From an uncultured delta proteobacterium (GTDB taxonomy: Bacteria; Myxococcota_A; Polyangia; Polyangiales; Polyangiaceae): 64,000 nt of DNA. The translations under genes and the position numbers were made by a program. Positions 33,603-43,788 of the stretch are shown here, piece after piece. The stretch covers positions 768,001-832,000 of the forward strand of contig CAWDXG010000001.1 of NCBI GenBank assembly GCA_963806225.1. The letters run 5' to 3'. Position 1 is the stretch's first letter, and every line of letters begins with the position of its first letter. Below the pieces are notes generated by a model. The model worked only from the letters and a program-made list of their open reading frames with translations. It had not been told where the DNA came from and did not search any database.

Positions 33603-35054
33603 ATGCCGCTACCCGAGGAGCCCGAAGCCCTCCCGCCGCCCCAGCGCCGCGTCTACTGCAACCGCACGCTGAACCTGCGGTCGATCAAGGCGGTCGGCTG
33701 CGACATGGACTACACGCTCATCCACTACAACACGGAGGAGTGGGAGCGGCGGGCCTACGAGCACACGCGCGAGCGCCTCGCCGAACAGGGTTTCCCGGTC
33801 GGCAAGCTCGAGTTCGACCCGGGCTTCGCGACGCTCGGTCTGGTCATCGACCTCGAGCTCGGCAACCTGGTCAAGGCGAACCGCTTCGGCTTCGTGCGCC
33901 GCGCCTGCCACGGAACCCGCATGCTCGGCTTCGATGAGCAGCGGCAGATCTACGCGCGCGAGTTGGTCGACCTGTCCGAGCCACGCTGGGTGTTCATGAA
34001 CACCCTCTTCGGCCTTTCCGAGGCCAGCATGTACGCGCAGATGATCGATCTGCGCGACGCAGGAGAGCTGGACCGCGCGCTCGACTACGGCGACCTGTAC
34101 CGCATCGTGCGCGCCGCGCTCGACGCCACGCACATGGAAGGCACGCTCAAGCAGGAAATCAGCGCAGAGCCGGAACGCTTCGTCGTGCTCGACCCGGAGC
34201 TGCCGATTGCGCTGCTCGACCTCAAGTATGCCGGCAAGAAGCTGCTGCTCATCACCAACTCCGAATGGGGCTACACGCGCTCCATGATGAGTTACGCCTT
34301 CGATCGCTTCCTGCCCAGCGGGATGAGCTGGCGTTCGCTGTTCGATATCGTGATCGTCTCCGCTCGCAAGCCCGCTTTCTTCTCCGGTGCGCAGCCTATC
34401 TTCGAGGTTGTCGACGAGGAGGGGCTCCTGCGTCCGTTCAACGGCAGGCTGGCCGACGGCGGCATCTATCTGGGCGGCCACGCCGGCCTGGTCGAGCGCG
34501 ACCTCGGGCTCGTGGGCGAGGAGATCCTCTACATCGGCGATCACATGTTCGCCGACGTGCACGTGACCAAGAGCCTGCTCCGCTGGCGCACCGCGCTGGT
34601 CGTGCGGGAGCTGGAGCAGGAGATGGCCGCGCTCTTGTCGTTCCGCGAACAGCAGGCCGACCTGACCGCGCTGATGGCGGACAAGGAGCTCCATGAGCAC
34701 CGCTACTCCGCTCTGCGATTGATGCTGCAGCGTCAGGAGACCGGGTATGCGCCCGCCGGCCAGAGTCCGCCGCGCCGGCTGCGCGAACGGATGCAGGAAT
34801 TGCGCGGTGAGCTCGTCGCTCTCGACGAGAGGATTGCACCGCTGGCCCGCGCCTCCAGCGAGCTCGTCAGCCCGCGCTGGGGTCTCATCATGCGGGCCGG
34901 TAACGACAAGAGCCACCTCGCCCGGCAGATCGAACGCTACGCGGATGTCTATACCTCGCGCGTTTCGAACCTGTTGCTCGAGACCCCGTTCGTCTATCTG
35001 CGTTCTCCGCGCGGCAGTCTGCCGCACGACAGCGGGCCGGGCGGCGGGGCGTAG
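33603..35054 (+). CDS. HAD-IG family 5'-nucleotidase
   Basis: NRTLNL, GCDMDYTL, LITNS, ARKP.FF, YIGDH..DV, RYAD.YTS. Confidence 0.92.
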   Translation: MPLPEEPEALPPPQRRVYCNRTLNLRSIKAVGCDMDYTLIHYNTEEWERRAYEHTRERLAEQGFPVGKLEFDPGFATLGLVIDLELGNLVKANRFGFVRRACHGTRMLGFDEQRQIYARELVDLSEPRWVFMNTLFGLSEASMYAQMIDLRDAGELDRALDYGDLYRIVRAALDATHMEGTLKQEISAEPERFVVLDPELPIALLDLKYAGKKLLLITNSEWGYTRSMMSYAFDRFLPSGMSWRSLFDIVIVSARKPAFFSGAQPIFEVVDEEGLLRPFNGRLADGGIYLGGHAGLVERDLGLVGEEILYIGDHMFADVHVTKSLLRWRTALVVRELEQEMAALLSFREQQADLTALMADKELHEHRYSALRLMLQRQETGYAPAGQSPPRRLRERMQELRGELVALDERIAPLARASSELVSPRWGLIMRAGNDKSHLARQIERYADVYTSRVSNLLLETPFVYLRSPRGSLPHDSGPGGGA

Positions 35055-35231
35055 GCCGCGCGCCCTGCTTTGCCCATCGGCGAGCGGGGACGATATCCCA
35101 CATTTCGGATCACGATCCTCTCGCGACCGGGTGCGCTGCGCCGGAACACGGTTACACTACGACAGACGGGGATTTTGGCCGGTTGCGGTGTGGACCGTGG
35201 CCGGAGGCTGATCTTTTTTTGGGGGAGGCGC

Positions 35232-36251
35232 GTGTCTCTGGCGGAAGCCTCGAGTCGTGGGCAACGGGATAGCGGCTGGCGATTCCGGCAACGCAGCGAG
35301 CCCGGAGGGTTCGATGTCTCGGTCGTGATCCCCACGTTCCGCCGTCCCAGGTCGCTGGCGCGTGCGATCCGCAGCTGCCAGCGCCAGGTCGATGCGCCCC
35401 CGAGCGAGGTCGTCGTCGTCGACAACTGCCCGCACGGCTCGGCCAGCGGCGTGGTGGCCGATCTCGCGCTCGGCAGCCCGGTCCCGATCCGCTACGAGCA
35501 CGAGCCGGTGGCTGGCGTAGCCGCGGCCCGCAACCGCGGAGTGGCCGCGGCGGCTGCTCCGCTGATTGCGTTCCTCGACGACGACGAGGAAGCCGACGAG
35601 CACTGGCTGGCGAACCTGGTGGAGGCGCGCGCGCGGCACGACGCCGACGCCGTGTTCGGCGCGGTCATCGCCGAGATCGACGGTGACGCTCCGCCGGGTG
35701 CAAGCGTGTTCCGGCAGATGCTCACGCGGCGTTTCGCCGAGCCGCAAGGAGAGCTCGCGCCGCGGCTGCATGCTTCCGTTGGCACCGGTAACTCGCTCTT
35801 CCACACTCGCTGCCTCGGGGAGCAGCCGTTCGATCCTGCGTTGGGCCTGGGGGGAGGCGAGGACTCGGCTCTGATCAAGCGTCTGGCCCGCGAAGGCAAG
35901 CACTTCGCCTGGACGCCGGACGCGCGGGTAGTCGAGTACCTGCCGTCCGGGCGCGCGAATCTCCGCTTCATGTTGCGCCGCCGCTTCAGCGACGGTCAGG
36001 TACGGACTTCCACCTGCGTCGTCGCCGAACCGCGAGAGCCCGTCCGCATGCTGTTGTGGATGGGCGTTGGCGCCGCGCAGCTCGTCGTCTACGCGGTGCT
36101 GGCTGCCGTCACCGTTCTGTTCCGGCGCCAGGCCGCGCAGCGCTATCTCTGCACAGCCGCGAGCGGGCTCGGAAAAGTGCTCTGGATGCCGCCCTTCCGC
36201 GCGCTACGCTACCCGGGTTCACAGGCGCGCGCCGGAACGGGAGCCAGGTAG
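35232..36251 (+). CDS. Glycosyltransferase family 2 (ExoM-like)
   Basis: GGAGG SD; SVVIPTFRR, VVVDN, ARNRG, AFLDDDE, GGED. Confidence 0.88.
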   Translation: MSLAEASSRGQRDSGWRFRQRSEPGGFDVSVVIPTFRRPRSLARAIRSCQRQVDAPPSEVVVVDNCPHGSASGVVADLALGSPVPIRYEHEPVAGVAAARNRGVAAAAAPLIAFLDDDEEADEHWLANLVEARARHDADAVFGAVIAEIDGDAPPGASVFRQMLTRRFAEPQGELAPRLHASVGTGNSLFHTRCLGEQPFDPALGLGGGEDSALIKRLAREGKHFAWTPDARVVEYLPSGRANLRFMLRRRFSDGQVRTSTCVVAEPREPVRMLLWMGVGAAQLVVYAVLAAVTVLFRRQAAQRYLCTAASGLGKVLWMPPFRALRYPGSQARAGTGAR

Positions 36252-37009
36252 TGCTGTCGCGGATCCTCGACAGCGCGGTCTATCACGGCACCCGCCTGGT
36301 CGCTCCGCGCATGGCCGCGCGTCCGGTGGAGCTGTCGCCGGATGCCGCCTTTGTCTCCTTTTCCTTCGATGACTTCCCGGATTCCGCAGCGACGCGTGGA
36401 GCGCCCATCCTGGAGCGCGTGGGAGCACGGGGCACATTCTACGTCGCCATGCGCCTGTCGGGCGCCGCGGAGGGATTCGAGCCGGGGCACCTCGGCCGCT
36501 TGGTAGCTTCGGGACACGAGCTCGGCTGCCACACCCGGCAGCACCTGGACTGTTTCACAGCGGACGACGCCCGCGTTCTCGACGACGTCGTGAAGAACGC
36601 CGACGAGCTTGCCCGCGTCCTGCCTGGCGTGACTCTCCGCCAGTTCGCATTTCCGTACGGCCGATTCCGGCCGTCGCACAAGGCCCTGCTGGGTCGCCGC
36701 TTCGACTCGCTCAGATCGATCTTCCCGGGCGTCCACCGCGGCAGCGCGGACCTGCACATGCTGCGTGCCAACAAGCTGTTTTCGGACGGCGGCTTCGCAA
36801 ACCGCGCGCTGTCCCTGATCCGCGACGTCGCCGACCGAGGCGGTTGGGTCGTGTTCTTCACGCACGACATCTCCGACGCGCCGACCCCCTTCGGGACACG
36901 CCCTGCCGATCTGGCCCGCGCCGTCTCCTGCGCGCTGGATCTCGGGCTCGAGGTGCTGCCGGTGGGCGAGGTGGTGCAGCGGCTCCAGACCCGCGTGCCG
37001 CGCGCTTGA
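36251..37009 (+). CDS. Polysaccharide deacetylase (NodB-like)
   Basis: SFSFDD, GHELGCHT..H, FAFPYG, FFTHD. Confidence 0.85.
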   Translation: MLSRILDSAVYHGTRLVAPRMAARPVELSPDAAFVSFSFDDFPDSAATRGAPILERVGARGTFYVAMRLSGAAEGFEPGHLGRLVASGHELGCHTRQHLDCFTADDARVLDDVVKNADELARVLPGVTLRQFAFPYGRFRPSHKALLGRRFDSLRSIFPGVHRGSADLHMLRANKLFSDGGFANRALSLIRDVADRGGWVVFFTHDISDAPTPFGTRPADLARAVSCALDLGLEVLPVGEVVQRLQTRVPRA

Positions 37010-37013
37010 GCCG

Positions 37014-38579
37014 CTACCACGTGTCGATGAAGCGGCGCTCCGGCCGCGGTCCCGGCGCCGGCGTCGAGTGCAGACCGCGCACCAGCCACGCGCGCGTCTC
37101 CGCCGGATCAACGACGGCATCCAGCTCGAACAGCGACGCCATGTTGATTGCCTTGCCGCGCTCTCGCGCCTCGGCGACCAGCGCCGCGAGCGCCTGCTCG
37201 CGCGCGTCGGGATCCTCGATGGCCTCGAGCTGCTTCTTCAGCGCCAGACGCACGGCTCCCTCGAGGTTCATCGCGCCGAACTCGGCGCCGGGCCACGCGA
37301 TCGTGAACAGCGGCGCGTGAAAGTGCCCGCCGCTCATCGCCTGCGCGCCCAGGCCGTAGCCGCGCCTGAGCACGACCGTGAGGTATGGCACCGTCAGGCC
37401 GGCGGCCGCCACGAACATCCGTGAAGTGTGCCGCACCAGCGCCGTCGCTTCCGCCTTCGGGCCGACCATGAACCCCGGCGTGTCGCACAAGGACACGATC
37501 GGCAGCCCGAACGCATCGCACAGTCGCATGAAGCGCGCTGCCTTGTCCGACGCATCCGCATCGATCGCGCCACCGAGGTGCATCGTGTCGTTCGCGATCA
37601 TCCCGACGGGCCGTCCTTCGATGCGCGCGAGCGCCGTCACGATGCTGCGCCCGAAGTCGCGGCGGAGCTCCAGCACCGAGCCCGTGTCGCACAGCGTCTC
37701 GATGATCGGCCGCACCTTGTAGGCGCGGCGGCGGTTTTCCGGCAGCACGCTCCGGAGCTTGCTCTGCTCGGGCTCGCTCCACCCGGCGACAGGCCCCTGG
37801 AAGAACGCCAGGTACTTCCGCGCTACCGCCACGGCTTCGGCCTCGTCCGCGACGCGCACGTCGATAACGCCGTTCTTCGCCTGTACGTCGACCGGGCCGA
37901 TCTCTTCCGGCTTGTAGCTGCCGAGCCCGCCACCCTCGATCATCGCGGGCCCCCCCATGCCGATGTTGCTGTTGTCGGTCGCGATGATGACGTCCGAGCA
38001 GCCGAGCAACGCCGCGTTGCCCGCGAAGCAGCGCCCGCTCACCACGCCAACCAGCGGCACGCGCCCGGACAGCGCCGCGAACGAAAGGAAGCTCGGCGTG
38101 TCGAGCGCTGCCACCGTCTGCACGTCCACGTCGCCCGGTCGCCCCCCGCCGCCCTCGGCGAACAACACCAGAGGCACGCGCCACCCGGCCGCCAGTTCGA
38201 GCATGCGGTCGAGCTTCTTGTGGCCCATCATGCCCTGCGTGCCCGCGAAGACCGTGAAGTCGTAGGCCAGGAGCATGGTGCGCGCGCGCTCGGCGCCGAA
38301 GAGCTCGCCGTTCACGGTGCCCAGGCCGCACACGATGCCGTCGGCGGGGCTCACGCGGATCAATTCCTCCAGCGAACGGCTCTGCCGCTGCGCCGCCAGC
38401 GCGAGAGCGCCGTATTCGACAAAGCTTCCCTCGTCGACGAGAGCCGCCAGGTTCTCTCGCGCCGTTCGCTGCCCCCGGGCGCGCCGCTTCGCCACGGCCT
38501 CCGGACGCCCCGCATCTGTCGTCGCGTGCAGCCGCGCTTCAAGCTCTTGCAGATCCGCATCCTTGTCGCGTGAGGACAT
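37014..38579 (-). CDS. Acyl-CoA carboxylase carboxyltransferase subunit
   Basis: YDFTVFAGTQG, EGGGGRPGD, GRCFAGNAA, MGGPAMIEGGG, CDTPGFMVG. Confidence 0.88.
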   Translation of the reverse strand: MSSRDKDADLQELEARLHATTDAGRPEAVAKRRARGQRTARENLAALVDEGSFVEYGALALAAQRQSRSLEELIRVSPADGIVCGLGTVNGELFGAERARTMLLAYDFTVFAGTQGMMGHKKLDRMLELAAGWRVPLVLFAEGGGGRPGDVDVQTVAALDTPSFLSFAALSGRVPLVGVVSGRCFAGNAALLGCSDVIIATDNSNIGMGGPAMIEGGGLGSYKPEEIGPVDVQAKNGVIDVRVADEAEAVAVARKYLAFFQGPVAGWSEPEQSKLRSVLPENRRRAYKVRPIIETLCDTGSVLELRRDFGRSIVTALARIEGRPVGMIANDTMHLGGAIDADASDKAARFMRLCDAFGLPIVSLCDTPGFMVGPKAEATALVRHTSRMFVAAAGLTVPYLTVVLRRGYGLGAQAMSGGHFHAPLFTIAWPGAEFGAMNLEGAVRLALKKQLEAIEDPDAREQALAALVAEARERGKAINMASLFELDAVVDPAETRAWLVRGLHSTPAPGPRPERRFIDTW

Positions 38580-38624
38580 GCCGGGAGCGTACACCGAGAG
38601 CCGCGTCGTGCTATGCGCTTGGCC

Positions 38625-39383
38625 ATGTCGACCAGCGCTTTCGAGGGTCGCGCGGCGGCCTACGCGGAACACCGCGCGGCGTATCCGTCGGAGGCGATCG
38701 AGTGCGCTATCCGGCGTGCGGGGCTGACCGGTGCCGAGGTCGTTGTCGATCTGGGCGCGGGCACCGGGCTGCTCTGCGGGCCGCTGCTCGGTCGCGTGCG
38801 GCGCCTGTACGCCGTCGAGCCCGCCAGCGACATGCGGCGCGCTGCGGAGGCCGCGCTCGGCGACCACCCCGCGTTCCAGAGCGTGGCGGGGACGGCCGAG
38901 GAGACATCTCTCACCGCCGGCTCGATCAACGTCGCCACCAGTGGTAACGCCTTCCACTACTTCGACCCGGAGCGCGCGCGCCGCGAGCTCGATCGCATTC
39001 TCTGCAAGGGCGGACGGGTTATCCTGCTCTACAACGAATGGCCGCGCGACGCGGTCGGTTTTACCAGCGACTACCTCGAGCTGCTCCGCCGCGTGACGCC
39101 GCCCGCTCTCCGCTCCGCGCACGCCAACGACGAATTTGCCGAACGCCTCGCGATCTTTCTCGATGGCCGCGTGCCCGATCGCGACGAAGGCGAGCAGTGC
39201 GAACAGCTCGCCTGGTCGCGCCTCGCCGGTCGCTTCGCTTCCACCTCCATCGCCCCCGCCGAGGGCGCCCCCGAGCACGACGCGACCTACGCCGCTCTCC
39301 GTCAGCTCTTCGACCGTCACGCGAAGGGCGGTGGCGTCTCGTTCTCGCTGCGTTGGATCTGTCTGTCGGTCGTCTGGAGCTGA
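38625..39383 (+). CDS. Class I SAM-dependent methyltransferase
   Basis: VVDLGAGTG, AVEP..DM, GTAE, AFHYFD. Confidence 0.85.
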   Translation: MSTSAFEGRAAAYAEHRAAYPSEAIECAIRRAGLTGAEVVVDLGAGTGLLCGPLLGRVRRLYAVEPASDMRRAAEAALGDHPAFQSVAGTAEETSLTAGSINVATSGNAFHYFDPERARRELDRILCKGGRVILLYNEWPRDAVGFTSDYLELLRRVTPPALRSAHANDEFAERLAIFLDGRVPDRDEGEQCEQLAWSRLAGRFASTSIAPAEGAPEHDATYAALRQLFDRHAKGGGVSFSLRWICLSVVWS

Positions 39384-39521
39384 GCCGGGGGTCCCGGCAG
39401 CCGCTGCACGGCGCGCAGCGGGGCCGTTTCCTCGAGCTCCGCGAGGGCGTGGTCCGGCACGTCGCGCAGGCATCGTGTGCGGTCTGGAGCTGGGGGCACG
39501 ACGCTTGCATTCCGTTGGTTC

Positions 39522-40163
39522 ATGACGCCGCGCGCGCTGCTGCTGCCGCTCTGCATATTGTGCGCTCGATGCGGTGCGTCGCAAACGCCGGCGCGCGGCG
39601 CCCGGACCGTCCACTCGAGCGAGGGAAAGATGCGAACGGCCGCGCTGATCGCGCAGCCGGTTCGGCGCCCTCGGCGGCCGGACGCACCGCCGACCACCGC
39701 GCTTGCCGACCCGCAGACCGCCGCCGTGCTCTTCGCGATCGTGGAGAGCGAGATCGCCCAGGCGCACGCCGCCGAAGGCAAGGCCCGGAGCCGTCGCGTC
39801 GCCGAGCTCGCCCAGGCCATCACGACGCGGCGTTTCGCAAGCGAGCGCGATCTCGCCGGCTTCATAGCGACGTTGTCACGGGGACTGGAGCAAAGCGAGA
39901 TGCTCGCGCGTCTGGGAAAGGACGCCGACCGCGTGACGAGCAGCATGGCGGGGACGACCGGGGCCGACTTCGACGCCGCGTACCTCGCCGGCCAGATCCA
40001 CGCGTTCGAGCGCGACATTGCAGTTCTCGACACCCGCCTGGTCCCGGACGCGCAAGCGCACGAGCTCGAGCGCATCGCCAGGGAGCTCCGCGCCGGTGTT
40101 GTGGAGAATCTCGCTGCCGCAAGAGCACTGCGCGGCGAGCTCGTCTGCAAAGCCGGAAGGTAG
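39522..40163 (+). CDS. DUF4142-like ferritin-fold protein
   Basis: EIAQA..A...RVAELA and GADFDAAYL..QI..F pattern; signal peptide. Confidence 0.55.
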   Translation: MTPRALLLPLCILCARCGASQTPARGARTVHSSEGKMRTAALIAQPVRRPRRPDAPPTTALADPQTAAVLFAIVESEIAQAHAAEGKARSRRVAELAQAITTRRFASERDLAGFIATLSRGLEQSEMLARLGKDADRVTSSMAGTTGADFDAAYLAGQIHAFERDIAVLDTRLVPDAQAHELERIARELRAGVVENLAAARALRGELVCKAGR

Positions 40164-40238
40164 GTGCGCTCTTCCCGGGCAGGATCACGCTATCGCCGTG
40201 GCCTGAAGCACTTCACCTGGGTCTCGAGGGTGTCGGTT

Positions 40239-40799
40239 TCAGTCGTAGCCGACAGGGGACGGCGATCCGGACGGTACGAGATGCCAGTGGAAATCCAGCG
40301 TGGCGCCGCCCTGCGTGGCGCTCAGCGTCAGCGTGCGCACCGGCTGGCTCCTGCCCACGATGTGCCGGAAGCAGAGCCGGCTGCCGCGCGCGCTCACCAG
40401 CCGGTCGGCGTCGGTGGCGAGCCCGCGCAGCGTCGTGTCGCGTGGCAAGCATGGATCTTCGTCCGTGCACTTGAACGGCATCCAGCCGCTTTGCGACACC
40501 TCGCGCCCGTCCACGTCGAGTGCCACGCGCCAGTTGCCATCGGCGCCGCTCCAGCTGCGCACGATGACGTTGAAGCACGCCCCGCCGCCGTCCAGCCTCA
40601 CCAGCGACGCTTCCGAGGCGAATGCGTTCCGCGGCAGGCCAAAGTCGCGTTCGTCCCAGACCGGGCTTGCCACCCACACGCGGTTCGGTGCCGGAGTCGG
40701 GCTCACCCCGGGCCGCTCCACCCGCGCGTAGCCCTCCGCGCTGCAGCCGCACAAGAGCAGGGCTGCCAGCCAAGCCCTCGAGAAGCTAGCTTTCGTCAC
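40239..40799 (-). CDS. Hypothetical lipoprotein
   Basis: GTG start and signal peptide LAALLLCGC. Confidence 0.5.
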   Translation of the reverse strand: MTKASFSRAWLAALLLCGCSAEGYARVERPGVSPTPAPNRVWVASPVWDERDFGLPRNAFASEASLVRLDGGGACFNVIVRSWSGADGNWRVALDVDGREVSQSGWMPFKCTDEDPCLPRDTTLRGLATDADRLVSARGSRLCFRHIVGRSQPVRTLTLSATQGGATLDFHWHLVPSGSPSPVGYD

Positions 40800-40905
40800 G
40801 TTGCGCCCCCCTTTGACCCCTGAAGCGTTTGCGCGCTTCCCCGCCGCGTCAAGCCGCGGCGGCTCTGGACGCGGTGCGTTGCTCCGACCTAGTCTTCCGG
40901 ATTCA

Positions 40906-41119
40906 ATGACCCTGGATCTGGAAGTCATCGAGAGCACAGCGGATCACGCGTTCGGCATCTGGCACAAGGCCGTGCTCTACGTCTGGCGTGGTGGTCGCCA
41001 ACGTCGAGAGCGCCACCGTCTGGCTCGAGCGCCAGCACAGCGCCGCTGGCCCTACGCCCTCCAGCGCTGCCGAGCTCTCCGCCGCCCTCGCCGGGCTGCG
41101 CGGCGCCGCCCAGGGCTGA
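40906..41119 (+). pseudogene. Possible internally deleted remnant of a small myxobacterial STAS/SEC14-like protein
   Basis: MTLDLEVIESTADHAFGIWHKAVLYVWRG followed, in another frame, by ATVWLERQH...AELSAALAGLR and a stop. Resembles the two termini of that family without the middle. Confidence 0.3.
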
Positions 41120-41217
41120 GCGCGCCGCAGCGCGGGCGCGCCGCGCATCCCAGCTCCCGGCGCGAGCGCTGCGTATCTGTTTCGTATCGAGGCTGCCGGG
41201 ACCGCCAAGGGAAACTG

Positions 41218-43749
41218 CTACTTCACGCTGATCGCATGCTGTCCGCTCGTGACCTTGACGTACAGCGTGCCGCCCGTGGGCTTCGGGTCGAAGCTCCAGC
41301 CGCTCTGGGCGACTTCGAGATCGGCGAGGGTAGCTTTCTCTGCCAGGGCGCTGTTGTTGTCGCTGACGCTCGCGGGCTTCTGGCCGACGGTGACGACCTC
41401 GAACAGGACGCCTTGTTTGAACTCGCTGCCGGACTTGGCAAAGAGCGCGAGGCCGGCGCTGGTCCTCTCCTGGGTGAGCTCGGTGCCGTCGAAGAGCGTG
41501 AAGGTCGACTTGTCCCCGGGCACGACGCGCGGGTAGAGCACGCCGGGGGTGGTGGCGTAGGAGTCGACGCGTGCCGGATCGGTCGTCGGGGCCATGGTGT
41601 CGATGGTCGGACGGAGCAGAGGCACGATGCTGCCGGCCAGCTGGAAGAGCGGCAGCCTGTCGAGCGGCGCGGCGACGTGGATGGTCTGTCCGCCGTCCGA
41701 GGCCTGCCCCGTCCACCAGTTCACCCAGCTGCCGTCGGGCAGGATCACGTCGCGCGCCGTCTTGCCGCGCGACAGCACGGGCGCGACGAGCAGGCTGTCG
41801 CCGAACAGGTATTCGTCACTGGGGTTTTCGCCGAGCTCGGGGTAGGCGAGCCCGAGGGCGCGTTCGATGGCGCGTCCGTCGCTCTTCAGCCGCTCGGCGT
41901 AGGTCCATTCGTACGGCCAGAGGCGCAGGTGCAGCCGGGTGTAGGTCCGGTACCAACCGAGCATTTCCGCGTCGAAGCCGTTTCCCGGCGTGGGTTCCCA
42001 GGCCACGTCGTTCGAGCTGGTGCCGATCTCCATGGCGCTGGATAGCGCGGTCTGTTCGAACCAGCGGGTGAACAGCTCCTTGTCGGGCGGCGAGTGGCGG
42101 TAGCCGCCGGTGTCGGAGGCGTAGAAGGGAAAGCCAGACGGGCCGAGCGAGAGCCCGGCGATGACCGAAGCAGGCAGCCCGCCGGTGGCGATGTACGTCG
42201 AGCCGTCCTTCTGCGTGACCTTGTCGCCACGGTGGTTGAAGGTTGCGTCGAGATCGCCGGGCCAGATCACGCCGACATTCTTCTGGTCACCGTACGTACC
42301 GCGCCGGCAGAGCAGAAAACCACCGCTCGCCGGCAGCGTCTCGGCGTAGACGCGATGATAGAAGAGCTGGAAGCGGCTCTGCATCGTGCGCTCGTCGCTG
42401 CCGTCGGAGAACTCCCACACGTTGCGGCCACCGAACACGCCGGGGACGATGTCCTCGCCGTAGTCGAGCTTGAAGCCTTCCACGCCAGCGTCGGTGTACT
42501 TGTGGATGAGGCCCTGCCACCAGGCGTAGGCGTCGGGGTTGGTCAGATCGATGGGGCGGCCCCACTTGTTCAGGAGCAGGCCCGTCTTCTTCGGGTAGAA
42601 GCCGTGTGATTCGGCGTAGTCGCGCAGTGCTTTGGTCTTCGGAGCGTCGCTGGTCTTCTCGTCCTCGTAGGGCGTGTGCCACAGCGCGGTGCGGAACCCG
42701 AGCGCGTGCATCCTGGCGATCATCGCGGCCGGATCGGTGAACTGCGCGGGGTTGAAATCGAACGTGTTGACGGCTGTAGCGTAGGGCCGATCGATCCAGT
42801 AGCCGGTTGTGGCGAGATCCTGATCGCGAATGGCGTCGAGGTCGCCTTCCACCTGGGCCTGGTCCTTGTTCTCGTCGCGCCAGACCCACGGGCCGAGCGC
42901 CCAGCGTGCGGGCAGACGCGGATAGCCGGTGACCTCGTAGTAGTGCTTCGTGACGTCGAGCGGATGGTCGGCGGCGAAGAGATGGAACGTGAGGCCCTCC
43001 TTCGAACCGGCGCCGGTGCCGAAGATCACGTCGGCGCGGTCGTCCTCCGTGGCGGCCATGTCGAAGGTGGCGGGGTAGGGGTTTTCGACGAACAGGCCCC
43101 AGCCGCGCGTGCCGATGACGAACGGCACCGGGACGTGGGCGTCGTTGTAGCCGCTCTCGGTGCCGCCGCCGACCTCGAGCTGCATGGCGCGGATGTGGCC
43201 GCGGTTGTTCACGTCGTCGAAGTATTCGCCCAGGCCGTAGAAGCCCTCCTTCGTATCGACCACGGGCCGCAGGCGGAAGTACGCGATGGCGTCGCCACCG
43301 GGATCGGGCACGAGGTCGAGCGTGAAGCTGCCGGGCTCTTTCATCTTCACGTCGAGTGTGGCGCGCCGGCCCTTGTCGAACTCGAGCCGGAGCTGGGCCG
43401 ACGTGGCAGTCTTCTTGACCGGGGTGGCCCGCCGCAGCGCGAGCCAGGCGAACCCGGCCGGCATCCGGCGGTTCGGCACGTCCGTGGCGATGGGGTAGGG
43501 GTCGTAGTTGAAGTTGTCGTCGATGGCATCGACGCGCCCGAGCTCGATGCCGTCGGAGGGGAAGCGGAGCAGGACGTCGCCGCCGCGTTCGAGCTTCACC
43601 CCGCTCGAGCCGACCTCCACCGTGTAGCCTCCGCCGCCGATGCGCGTGGGCGCCGGATGCGGCTTCGTCGAGCCTCCGCCGCAGCCGCCCATCAGCACGG
43701 CGCATGCGAGCAGGGCGGCCAGAGCGGCGTGGCGCGGCGTCGGACTCAT
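41218..43749 (-). CDS. Glycoside hydrolase family 31 lipoprotein
   Basis: Lipobox MGGC; YGLGE, VTGYP.LP..WALG, WIDRPY, GFKLDYGE, WPGD, SDTGGY, EYLFGDSLLVAPV. Confidence 0.9.
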   Translation of the reverse strand: MSPTPRHAALAALLACAVLMGGCGGGSTKPHPAPTRIGGGGYTVEVGSSGVKLERGGDVLLRFPSDGIELGRVDAIDDNFNYDPYPIATDVPNRRMPAGFAWLALRRATPVKKTATSAQLRLEFDKGRRATLDVKMKEPGSFTLDLVPDPGGDAIAYFRLRPVVDTKEGFYGLGEYFDDVNNRGHIRAMQLEVGGGTESGYNDAHVPVPFVIGTRGWGLFVENPYPATFDMAATEDDRADVIFGTGAGSKEGLTFHLFAADHPLDVTKHYYEVTGYPRLPARWALGPWVWRDENKDQAQVEGDLDAIRDQDLATTGYWIDRPYATAVNTFDFNPAQFTDPAAMIARMHALGFRTALWHTPYEDEKTSDAPKTKALRDYAESHGFYPKKTGLLLNKWGRPIDLTNPDAYAWWQGLIHKYTDAGVEGFKLDYGEDIVPGVFGGRNVWEFSDGSDERTMQSRFQLFYHRVYAETLPASGGFLLCRRGTYGDQKNVGVIWPGDLDATFNHRGDKVTQKDGSTYIATGGLPASVIAGLSLGPSGFPFYASDTGGYRHSPPDKELFTRWFEQTALSSAMEIGTSSNDVAWEPTPGNGFDAEMLGWYRTYTRLHLRLWPYEWTYAERLKSDGRAIERALGLAYPELGENPSDEYLFGDSLLVAPVLSRGKTARDVILPDGSWVNWWTGQASDGGQTIHVAAPLDRLPLFQLAGSIVPLLRPTIDTMAPTTDPARVDSYATTPGVLYPRVVPGDKSTFTLFDGTELTQERTSAGLALFAKSGSEFKQGVLFEVVTVGQKPASVSDNNSALAEKATLADLEVAQSGWSFDPKPTGGTLYVKVTSGQHAISVK

Positions 43750-43788
43750 GACTATCGAGTATATGGTAGCTTCCGGGCCGGGATCGCC

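Noticed and set aside
37014..39767. 917-aa ORF as a fused carboxylase
   Set aside because: The N-terminal part is antisense to the methyltransferase gene and has no BC or BCCP motifs.
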